Part shown: positions 48,351 through 59,617 of the stretch, one piece after another
Numbering within the stretch: position 1 is the first letter of the stretch
How the letters are laid out: each line of letters begins with the position of its first letter
Assembly: GCF_030684315.1 (NCBI RefSeq)
Contig: NC_081382.1
Location: 15,854,592 to 15,918,591, forward strand
Source of the DNA: Stegostoma tigrinum
Lineage: Eukaryota
Reading direction: 5' to 3'
Length of the DNA: 64,000 nucleotides
The notes under the pieces: model-generated
The model's input: the letters and a program-made list of their open reading frames with translations, nothing else
The model's database searches: none
Told to the model about the DNA's origin: nothing
Position numbers and translations under genes: made by a program

Positions 48351-48899
48351 GTTGCCTTGTGGTCAGCATTTCTGATATTAGAGTTTTATTCCAGATTTTA
48401 TTTTCACGTACCAATTTCAGTAATAGTAACCATGACTTTTTTTGAAGAAAGTTCATGGAAATGAGCTACATAGTCAAGGTCAGCACTTGTGTCCCATTTT
48501 CTAAGACGGCAATGTACCCCCTTCTTGAACCAGTGCTGTCTACCTGATGATAGTATAGCGCAGCACTGTCAGGAATAATGTCAGATCTTTGAAGAAATTG
48601 TGATAAGCTGTAAATGTTGGCATAGGAAAGGACTTTTCAAGCCTTAAGAAATCCCCTCAAGAGAAGAGATTGTATTAAACGCCAAGTATAAAAGTGAACT
48701 GTTAGTGTGAGTGTTCCCCACCTTTGTTGTCTGCTTTGCAGGGTATCCTTTCTATTTTAAAATCCTGTGCAGTTTTGCAATGCAAACCATCTCATAGCTT
48801 TGACATCTTGCAAGTAAGAAGCAATGAAAATGTACTTGTGGAATGAAAAATTGACACTGAATGTTCAAGCAAGTCATGGTTTTCTTCCACACCATGATC

Positions 48900-49813
48900 A
48901 GCAATATTACTAATTCAGAGGGGAATTTGCAGACGGTGGTGTTCCTATGCATTTCCAGGGATGGAAACCCCTTTTTCTAGGTGATAGAGAAAGCAAGTTT
49001 GGAAAGTGTTGTTGGAGGACCTTGCTGAATCACAGCAGTGATCTTGTAAATAATATGCTCTGCTGTGATAATATGTTCGTGGTCGAGGGAATGAATGTTC
49101 AAGATGGTAGAAGGGGTATGATCAAGCAGGTTCCTTTGTCCTAAATAGTATTGCACTTTTTGAGTATTGTTAGAACTGCATTTATCCACGGGATAGTGGC
49201 TATTCCATCGCATTCATGACTTGTGCCTTGTAGATGGTGAACAAGCACTAGGGGATCAACAGGTGAGCACTTGCTGCAGACTTCTGACCAACTGTTGCAG
49301 CCACCATATTTATATGGCAGGTCCAGTTACATTTTGGATAATTTATAACCACCAGGACTTTGATTGTGTTGAAATTGTGACTGAACATTCAGGGGTGATG
49401 GTTGACGCTTGTGTGATGTGGATGTTACCTACCACTTATCAGCCCATGTTGTCAATGAACACAAAGCTGCATACTGCTTCAGTGAACTTCTTCATTATCT
49501 GAGAAGTCTTAGATGGCATTGGACGGTATGCATCATTTGTAAGCATCCCACTTGTGATCTTATGACATACTTGGGCCGAGGATAATGTGGTGAAATATCC
49601 AGGAGCTGAGATGATTGCCCTCAAACAAAAAAAGTCACATTCTTTAGCACTTGGCATAATTCCAATCAATTTAGAGCTCTCCCCCAGTTTCCGAATCACT
49701 TCAGTTTTGCTTGGGCATCTTGATGTCTTGGACAACCAGCCTCACTTCACCTGGTATCTGGAGTTAAGCTCTTTTGACGATGTTTCATGCCAAGTGGCCT
49801 TGAAGAAACCCAA
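48900..49813 (-). mobile_element. Old LINE remnant (continues at 53592-53770 beyond the PLE insertion)
   Basis: Homologous to 43.8-46.6 kb; continuity across the TSD. Confidence 0.55.
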
Positions 49814-49827
49814 CAGAGCATAGGTGA

Positions 49828-51943
49828 TAACAAAGTGTGAAACTGTGAACACAGCAGGCCAAGCAGCATCTCAGGAGCACAAAAACTGATGTTTCGGGCC
49901 TAGACCCTTCATCAGAGAGGGGGATGGGAAGAGGGACCTGAAATAAATAGGGAGAGAGGGGGAGGCAGATCGAAGATGGGTAGAGGAGAAGATAGGTGGG
50001 GAGGAGATAGGTCAGTCCGGGGAGGATGGACAGGTCAAGGAGGCGGGATGAGGTTGTTAGGTGGGAAATGGAGGTGCGGCTTGAGGTGGGTGGAGGGGAT
50101 AGGTGAGAGGAGGAACAAATCAGGAAGGGGGGATGAGCTGGGCTGGTTTTGGGATGCAGTGGGTGGGGGGATGAGCTGGGCTGATTTTGGGATGCAGTGG
50201 GGGAAGGGGAGGTTTTGAAGCTTGTGAAGTCCACGTTGATACCATTGGGCTGCAGGGTTCCCAAGTGGAATATGAGTTGCTGTTCCTGCAACCTTCGGGT
50301 GGCGTCATTGTGGAACTGTAGGAGGCCCATGATGGACATGTCATCTAAGGAATGGGAAGGGGAGTTGAAATGGTCCGCGACTGGGAGGTGCAGTTGTTTA
50401 TTGTGAACCAAGCAGAGGTGTTCTGCAAAGCTGTCCCCAAGCCTCCGCTTGGTTTCCCCAATGTAGAGGAAGCCCCACCTGGTACAGTGGATACAGAATA
50501 CTACATTGGCAGATGTGCAGGTGAACATCTGCTTAATATAGAAAGGCATCTTGCGGCCTGGGATAGGGGTGAGGGGGGAGGTGTGGGGGCAAATGTAGCA
50601 CTTCCTGTGATTGCAGGGGAAGGTGCCGGGTGTGGTGGGGTTGGAGGGGAGTGTGGAGCGGACAAGGGGGTCACGGAGAGAGTGGTCTCTCCGGAAGGCA
50701 GACAAAGGTGGGGATGAAAAAATGCCTTGGGTGGTGGGGTCGGATTGTAGATGGCGGAAGTGTCGGAGGATGATGCGTTGTATCCAGAGGTTGGTGGGAT
50801 GGTATGTGAAGACGAGGGGGATTCTTGCAGGGGCGGGATGTCAGGGATGTGTTGCAGGAAATGCTGGAGACACGGTCAAGGGCGTTCTTGACCACTGCGG
50901 TGGGGGAAGTTGCGGTCCTTGAAGAACGCGGCCATCTGGGATGTGCAGGAGTGGAATGCCTCATCGTGGGAGCAGATGCAGTGGAGGCGAAAGAATTGGG
51001 AATAGTGGATGGAATTTTTGCAGGGGGATGGGTTGGAGGAGGTCTTTTCTAGGTAGCTGTGGGAGTCGGTGGTCTTGAAATGGACATCAGTTTCTAGCTG
51101 GTCGCCTGAGATGTCCAGGAAGATGAGGGATGTGTTGGAGATGGCCCAGGTGAACTTGAGGTTGAGGTGGAAGGTGTTGGTGAAGTGGACGAACGGTTCG
51201 AGCTCCTCTTGGGAGCATGAGGCAGCGCCGATATAGTCATCAATGTAACGGAGGAAGAAGTGGAGTTTGGGGCCAGTGTAGGTGCGGAAGAGGGACAGTT
51301 CCACATAACCTACAAAGAGGCAGGCATAGCTTGGGCCCATGAGGGTACCCATGGCCACCCCCTTTGTCTGTAGGAAGTGGGAGGAATCGAAAGAGAAGTT
51401 GTTGAGGGTGAGAATGAGTTCGGCTATGCCGATGAGGGTGTCAGTGGAGGGGGACTGATCGGGCCTGCGGGACAGGAAGAAGCAGAGGGCCTTAAGGCTA
51501 TCTGCATGAGGAATACAGGTGTATAGGGACTGGACATCTATGGTGAAAATGATGTGTTGGGGACCAGGGAATTGGAAGCTCTGGAGGAGGTGGAGGGCGT
51601 GGGTGGTGTCACGGACGTAGCTAGGGAGTTCCTGGACCAAGGGGGAGAAAATGGAGTCCAGACAGGTGGAGATGAGTTCGGTGTGGCAGGAGCAGACGGA
51701 GACAACAGGTCGGCCAGGGCAGGCGGGTTTGCGGATTTTGAGAAGGAGATAGAAACGGGCAGTGCGCGGTTGGGGAACAATGAGGTTGGAGGCTGTGGGT
51801 GGGAGGTCCCCTGAGGTGATTTGGTCATGGATGGTATTGGAGGTAATGTTTTGGTGCTCGGGGGTGGGATCATGATCAAGGGGGCAGTAGGAGGAGGTGT
51901 CGGAGAGTTGGCGTTTGGCCTCGGCGATGTAGAGGTCAGTGCT
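49828..51943 (-). mobile_element. PLE left arm of inverted composite (RT + GIY-YIG, short-type 3' end)
   Basis: ORFs 50876-51640 (RT, LRYIDD) and 49785-50705 (GIY-YIG); hammerhead core 49888-49915. Confidence 0.95.
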
Positions 51944-51948
51944 TTGAC

Positions 51949-53577
51949 CTACTTCCTACAGGCAAAGGGGTTGGCCATGGGTGCCCTCATGGGCCCAAGC
52001 TATGCCTGCCTCTTTGTAGGTTATGTGGAACAGTCCCTCTTCCGCACCTACACTGGCCCCAAACCCCACCCCTTCCCCCATTACATCGATGACTGTATCG
52101 GCACTGCCTCTTGCACCAAAGAGGAGATCGGACATTTCATCCACTGCACCAACATCTTCCACTTCAACCTCAAGTTCACCTGGGCCATCTCCAACACATC
52201 CCTCACCTTTCTGGACCTCTCTGTCTCCATCTCAGGCAACCAGCTAGAAACTGATGTCCATTTCAAGCCCACCGACTCCCACAGCTACCTAGAATACGGC
52301 TCCTCCCACCCAACCCCCTGCAAAAATTCCATCCCCTATTCCCAATTCCTTCACCTCCGCCGCATCTGCTCCCAGGATGAGGCTTTCCACTCCCGCACAT
52401 CCCAGATGGCCGCCTTCTTGAAGGACCACAACTTCCCCCCTCCGTAGTGGTCAAGAACGCCCTTGACAGTGCCTCCCACATTTCTGGCAACACATCCCTC
52501 ACACCCTGCTCCCGCAATAACCACCCTAAGAGAATCCACCCCACCATACCACCCCACCAACCTCTGGATACAACGCATCATCCTCCATCACTTCCGCCGT
52601 CTACAGTCCGACCCCACCACCCAAGACATTTTTCCAACCCCACCCTTGTCTGCCTTCCGGAGAGATCACTCTCTCTGTGACTCCCTTGTTCGCTCCACAC
52701 TCCTCTCCAACCCCACCACACCCAGCACCTTCCCCTGCAACCGCAGGAAATGCTACACTTGCCCCCACACCTCCTCCCTCACCCCTATCCCAGTCCCCAA
52801 GATGCATTTCCATATTAAGCAGATGTTCACCTGCACATCTGCCAATGTAGTATACTGTATCCACTGTACCTGGTGTGGCATCCTCTACATTGGGGAAACC
52901 AAGCGGAGGCTTGGGGTCCGCTTTGCAGAACACCTCCGCTCGGTTCGCAATAAACAACTGCACCTCCCAGTCGCAAACCACTTCCACTCCCCCTCCCATT
53001 CTTTAGATGACATGTCCATCATGGACGTCCTACAGTGCCACAATGATGCCACCCGAAGATTGCAGGAACAGCAACTCATATTCCACTTGGGAACCCTGCA
53101 GCCCAATGGTATCAATGTGGAGTTCACAAGCTTCAAAACCTCCCCCTCCCCCACTACATCCCAATACCAGCCCAGCTCATCCCTTCCCCCCACTGCATCC
53201 CAAAACCAGCCCAGCTTGCCCCCGCCTCCCTAACCTGTTCTTCCTCTCACCTATCCCCGCCTCGCACCTCCATTTCCCACCTACTGACCTCATCCCGCCT
53301 CCTTGACCTGTCCGTCCTCCCCGCACTGACCTATCCCCTCCCTACCTCCCCACCTATACTCCCCTCTTCACCTATCTTCTCCTCTACCCATCTTCAGTCT
53401 GCCTCCCCCTCTCTGCTTATTTATTTCAGAAACCTCTCCCCATCCCCCTCTCTGATGAAGGGTCTAGGCCAGAAATGTCAGCTTTTTTGCTCCTGAGATG
53501 CTGCTTGGCCTGCTGTGTTCATCCAGCCTCACACTTTGTTATCTTGAATTCTCCAGCATCTGCAGTTCCCATTATCT
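51949..53577 (+). mobile_element. PLE right arm of inverted composite (partial RT + GIY-YIG, full tail)
   Basis: GLAMGALMGPSYA...HYIDD and NVVYCIHC..CGILYIGET; hammerhead core 53452-53479. A single 14-bp TSD CAGAGCATAGGTGA (49814-49827, 53578-53591) encloses both arms. Confidence 0.95.
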
Positions 53578-54419
53578 CAGAGCATAGGTGAGCAGGTTAT
53601 TGCTGGCGATTAGGAATAGTCTTATCGGACAATAATTGGCTGCAGTAAATTGGTCCTGCTTTTTATGGACAGGTTATATGTGAGCAATTTTCCACTTGTT
53701 AAGTAGACGCCAGTATTATAGTTTTACTTTAATAGTTGGCTAGGGATGCAGTTAGCTCTGCAGCACAAGTCACATCCTGAAAATGAACCATGAACAATAT
53801 AAACACCTTGTGCTCAAAGAACAGCTCAACTTGGGTAGCTTTCAGTCCTAAGTTAACCACAAAGCTCTGCTAGAATACTTTAAAATCCAGATGCTCCCTT
53901 TATCCCTAAATCAGCCTCTATCTCAAATAGCTACTCTGCAACTCTGTTTTGGACATAATTGTCAGATCACATTCTTCATAAGGAACATTTCTGCAACAGT
54001 GATACTCTAAACCACTTTCAGTGTCAAGTTTATTTTATAAATCCTTGCGATCATTTCCCTAGAATTATATCTTCCCTATTCAAATTGGCCGAAATCATCC
54101 ACATGTTTAAGGGAAGCCATTAAGTCTCCTTTTGTTTTCTGCTTAATTGCAAATGGGATATCTTACTAGTTCCCTCCAGTGTAACGACATTTTCCCATTC
54201 CTGGCATCATCCTGGTGAATCGATGTTCCATGCTGATTATGGTTCTATTACTTTTTCTCCCAAAACTGCAGATAGTACTACATCTATGTTTTGTAAATGT
54301 TTCTCAATACTCCTTTCTATTTGCATCCTATATTCCATTTTATGAAACTAAAATAGTGCAGCGTATTGTAGCTAATTACTTCATCTATCTCAGTAATTTT
54401 TGAATGTTTGAACAGCAGA

Positions 54420-54600
54420 GTGTGTGGCTAGCTCACTGACAGCAGTCTCATGTTTGAGTCAGAAAATTGGTGTTAAGTCCCACTCCAGGGAGTTACGCAT
54501 AACCAGCCCACACTTCAGCATAGTAGCAAAGAAATTCTACACTCTCAGAGGTGCTGTTTTTTGGATGAGACAAGAAAAGATGGGATAGTTCTTCTAGTGT
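54420..54600 (+). mobile_element. SacSINE1/Deu-SINE-like fragment
   Basis: TAGCTCACTGACAGCAGTCTC...GAGTCAGAA...AAGTCCCACTCCAGGGA...CAGAGGTGCTGTTTTTTGGATGAGAC. Confidence 0.6.
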
Positions 54601-55929
54601 TCTGGTGAAGCAAGACACTCACTGCTGATCTTAAAGTGAACCTCTCTGAACGATCCAATCATTTCTATTTTTGTGCTCACTATTCTTGCAGACATCTCTC
54701 TACCCTGATCCATTTTTTTCTTCCATTGTCCCAATTACCGTTCCTTTTATTGTATCTTGGTGAGCTACTCGGTAAAGTTGCTTGATAACTTGGTAAAGAC
54801 AGAAACTGAATATTTGTTTGTTATCTCATTCCTTCAATTGAAAATTTCCTTTTCAGTCCCTAAAACAACTCATCCTTCCTCTTTCCAGCCTTATACTTTT
54901 TTTGTCTGAATAAGTGGACTGCCTTTAAACTGGACTCTTCTCATCTTCCATTTCAATTTCTCTTTTTTTTCACCACCCTTCTGAAGCTACAATAAACAAT
55001 CTGGCTCACAATTGTACTACCCACCTGACATCTGTGAAATACACCCTTTTCTGCTTCATCCGAATCTCAGTCACCATACAGGGATGTCTAGACTTGTTTG
55101 CCCTACCTTGTTCCTTAGTAGGAATGTGGCTTGACTGTACCTGAACCTTATCTCCTGTTTAAAGGCAATCTATTGTCCCACTACAACTGCTGCTGACTAA
55201 TCGATGATTCCAATTTACCTGGCCCAGATTTGTTCTCACTGCCCTGAAGCTAAAGCTCCCGAGCTGATTACACTCACTCTGGAATGTTCCTTGTACTTTT
55301 CCACAGTTAACATAAACCTGTGACACTATGAACATTATCTCCAAGTGTTTCCCTGCTGATACTTAGCTCACTTGATCCAGCTCATTCCCCAAAGCTAGAT
55401 CCAATCTTCAATGGGTTGGGAATGCGCTGATGTTGAAAGTACTCCTGGATGTTCTCTGGAAATTCTACCCCTCTTTTCCTTTGCTGTAACAACCTTTATT
55501 AGGACCTCTGATGCATCTGTTTTAACTATTCTTATGATTCTGCTCATCTCTGTAATTTCCTTACAAACATCTTCCTCTATAATTTCCCCATGAGTTTGGA
55601 GTCCATAGAATCTTACTCATCCCCTCTACTCTCAGAGGTAGACTTTCCCCACTCTCCACCATATATATATATAAGCATTTCCCGACCACTCAGCATGTCT
55701 CTTCATAAGTACTTCTGTATACATTTTTTTTGTTCCGGGTGTGGCCACACTTTAGAGTTTGCAACCTCCGTGTTCCACAGTTCTTAAAATTGCCCCAGGA
55801 ATGGGCACCTTTTCCTTCTACATCAGTTCTCCAAAAGCATGTGGCCATTCTAAAGTTCTCCACTGGTATCACGGAATCAAGCTTGTGTTTTTCAACTTAG
55901 TGGCTTTGACTCACTTTGACTCACTTGAC

Positions 55930-58316
55930 ATGGCCGACGACCTCATCGCTCTGCCCACAACCAGCAACCCCGGAGACGACAGCCACACTGAGCCCTGCCG
56001 CATCTTCACCATCCCCCAGACCTCCCACTGACTGAGGACAAATGGTCAGCCCAAAGCAAGGGGCTCACCTTTGTCTTCCTACAACCACACATCAACGAAT
56101 CCCAGTCACGGTTGGACATAGAGCAGTTTTTCCACCGCCTTCGCCTCCACGCTTACTTCTTCAACCGGGAACCTAACCCTCCCTCCACTGACCCCTTCGC
56201 CCACTTCCAACACAAGTCCTCCTCCTGGACACCACCCCCAGGACTCTTACCCTCCCTCGACCTCTTCACCTCCAACTGCCGTCAAGACAATAACCGCCTC
56301 AACCTCTCCACCCCTCTCACCCACTCCACCCTCTCCCCTGCAGAACGGGCAGCCCTCCGCTCCCTCTGCTCCAACCCCAAACTCACCATCAAACCCGCAG
56401 ACAAGGGTGGCGCAGTGGTAGTATGGTGCACTGACCTCGACATCGCCGAGGCCAAACACCAACTCTCCGACACCACCTCCTATCGCCCCCTCGATCATGA
56501 CCCCACCCCCAAGCACCAAACCATCATCTCCAACACCATTCATGACCTCATCACCTCAGGGGACCTCCCACCCACAGCCTCCAACCTCATTGTTCCCCAA
56601 CCCCGCACGGCCCGTTTCTATCTCCTTCCCAAAATCCACAAACCTGCCTGCCCTGGTCGACACATTGTCTCAGCCTATTCCAGCCCCACCGAACTCATCT
56701 CCACCTATCTGGACTCCATTTTCTCCCCTTTGGTCCAGGAACTCCCTAGCTACGTCCGTGACACCACCCACTCCCTCCACCTCCTCCAGGACTTCCAATT
56801 CCCTGGCCCCCATCACCTCATTTTCACCATAGACGTCCAGTCCCTATACACCTGTATTCCGCATGCAGATGGCCTCAAGGCCCTCCGCATCTTCTTGTCC
56901 CGCAGGCCCGACCAGTCCCCCTCCACCGACACCCTCATCCGCCTAGCCGAACTCGTCCTCACCCTCAGCAACTTCTCTTTCGATTCCTCCCACTTCCTAC
57001 AGACAAAGGGAGTGGCCATGGGCACCCACATGGGCCCCAGCTATGCCTGCCTCTTTATAGGTTACGTGGAACAGTCCCTCTTCCGCACCTACACAGGCCC
57101 CAAACCCCACCTCTTCCTCCGTTACATTGATGACTGTATCGGCACTGCCTCTTGCTCCCCAGAGGAGCTCGAACAGTTCATCCACTTCACCAACACCTTC
57201 CACCCCAACCTTCAGTTCACCTGGGCCATCTCCAGTACATCCCTCACCTTCCTGGACCTCTCAGTCTCCATCTCAGGCAACCAGCTTGTAACTGATGTCC
57301 ATTTCAAGCCCACCGACTCCCACAGCTACCTAGAATACACCTCCTCCCACCCACCCTCCTGCAAAAATTCCATCCCCTATTCCCAATTCCTCCGCCTCCG
57401 CCGCATCTGCTCCCACGATGAGGCATTCCACTCCCACACATCCCAGATGTCCAAGTTCTTCAAGGACCGCAACTTTCCCCCCACAGTGGTCAAGAACACC
57501 CTTGACCACGTCTCCCGCATTTCCCGCAACACATCCCTCACACCCTGCCTCTGCCACAACCGCCCAAAGAGGATCTCCCTCGTTCTCACACACCACCCCA
57601 CCAACCTCCGGATACAACGCATCATCCTCTGACACTTCCGCCATCTACAATCCGACCCCACCACCCAAGACATTTTTCCATCCCCACCCTTGTCTGCTTT
57701 CCGGAGAGACCACTCTCTCCATGACTCCCTTGTTCGCTCCACACTGCCCTCCAACCCCACCATACCCGGCACCTTCCCCTGCAACCGCAGGAAATGCTAC
57801 ATATGCCCCCACACCTCCATCCTTACCCCTATCCCAGGCCCCAAGATGACTTTCCATATTAAGCAGAGTTTCACCTGCACATCTGCCAATGTGGTATACT
57901 GCATCCATTGTACCCGGTGTGGCTTCCTCTACATTGGGGAAACCAAGCGGAGGCTTGGGGACCGCTTTGCAGAACACCTCCGCTCAGTTCGCAATGAACA
58001 ATTGCACCTCCCAGTCGCAAACCATTTCCACTCCACCTCCCATTCTTTAGATGACATGTCCATCATGGGCCTCCTGCAGTGCCACAATGATGCCACCTGA
58101 AGGTTGCAGGAACAGCAACTCTTATTCCACTTGGGAACCCTGCAGCCCAATGGTATCAATGTGGACTTCACCAGCTTCAAAATCTCCCCTTCCCCCACCA
58201 CATCCCAAAACCAGCCCAGTTCGTCCCCTCCCCCCACTGCACCACACAACCAGCCCAGATCTTCCCCTCCACCCACTGCATCCCAAAACCAGTCCAACCT
58301 GTCTCTGCCTCCCTAA
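55930..58316 (+). pseudogene. PLE RT/GIY-YIG ORF disabled by one frameshift and two nonsense changes
   Basis: ORFs 56112-57632, 57690-58100 and 58104-58316 are in one frame. Both TGA stops (57630, 58098) are CGA in the 16.5-kb copy. One frameshift near 56015. Confidence 0.9.
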
Positions 58317-58675
58317 CCTGTTCATCCTCTCACCCATCCCTTCCTCCTACCCCAAGACGCACCTCCATCTCCTACCTACTAACCTCATCCCACCTCCTTG
58401 ACCTGTCCATCTTCCCTGGACTGACCTACCCCCTCCCTACCTCCCCACCTATACTCTCCTCTCCACCTATCTTCTTTTCTCTCCAACTTCGGTCCGCCTC
58501 CCCCTCTCTCCCTATTTATTCCAGAACTCTCAGCCCATCCCCCTCTCTGATGAATGGTCTAGGCCCGAAATGTCAGCTTTTGTGCACCTGAGATGCTGCT
58601 GGGCCTGCTGTGTTCATCCAGCCTCACATTTTATTATCTTGGATTCTCCAACATCAGCAGTTCCCATTATCACTG
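55930..58675 (+). mobile_element. Near full-length Penelope-like element (Neptune-type)
   Basis: N-terminal SKGLTF, KPADKGGAVVV, FYLLPKIHK, DVQSLYTCIP, GVAMGT, LRYIDD, linker PCNRRKCYIC, GIY-YIG domain, 3' UTR with hammerhead (58547-58574) and full tail. No clear TSD. Confidence 0.95.
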
Positions 58676-59413
58676 ACAAGCTGTTTATCAGGCTTCTATC
58701 TATATTACTGATTCCATCATGAACTACATTTTTTTTGATTATTCTCCTACCCTTTCTCAAAATTTCTTTTCAGTGTTTTCCATGATAATATTCACCCTGT
58801 TACCAAAGATACATCAAAAAATTTATGACTCTTGGATATGATATATGAAAGGTTGCTTTCTCTTCTGCTTGTTCAGTGTCTCAATATTATTGTACCTTTT
58901 ATTCTTAACGTATACCTAAGTCTCATTCCTCTGGATAGTCCTTTGCTCAATAGGTTCATTATTAAGTGCCAACACTCTCCTGAGTCCTATTATAGTCCAT
59001 CTCAGTGCTAAGGGTAGGATTTTATCAGCCCTCTGGAGATATACTGGGAGGTAGGAGGGCTTGCAAAATGGCAGTGGAAGGCAATAAGAGGAATTTTGAC
59101 ATTCTCTTGTCGGCATAGGATATTGAGAGATGAGAATTGCAGTGTTGGCTGGAGGTTAGCAGTCAATTAATCCAATTGACAAACCCACCTGCACTTTACC
59201 CTCCCAAGATAAATGGGAAGCCATCAACTAATGTGAGGCAGATTCCTGACAAAGAGAAGGAGCCCTGATTTGCAGGGAGGGGGCACCCCCTCGTGGCATT
59301 GGCTGCCCCCGACTCTGGAGAGTACACACCGTTTCTTCGATGGGTCCCATCTGTCTGATCCTGGTACATTTTTTGAAAAAGTCAGCCTTTGAGGGCACCT
59401 CAACATGAAGGCA

Positions 59414-59617
59414 GAGATAGTTGGAACTGCCGATGCTGGAGAATCTGAGATAACAAGGTGTAGAGCTGGATGAAAACAGCAGGCCAAGCAGCATTGGAGG
59501 AGCAAGAAAGCTGACATTTTAGGTGTGGACGAAGCAACCTAGGCCTGAAATGTCAGCCTTCCTGCTCCTATGATGCTGCTTGGCCTGCTGTGTTCATCCA
59601 GCTCTACACCTGGTTAT
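59414..59617. mobile_element. Head-to-head inverted PLE derivative with 15-bp TSD
   Basis: Left (minus) arm has the full tail; right (plus) arm stops at TGGTTAT. TSD CTCAACATGAAGGCA (59399-59413, 59618-59632). Confidence 0.9.

Noticed and set aside
51821-52447. 208-aa ORF with an apparent novel hydrophobic N-terminus fused to RT
   Set aside because: It reads across the inversion junction: antisense left arm into sense right arm.
55878-55930. TSD for the near full-length PLE (CAAGCTTGTG or TCACTTGACA vs the 3' flank)
   Set aside because: Only gapped, partial matches; not convincing.
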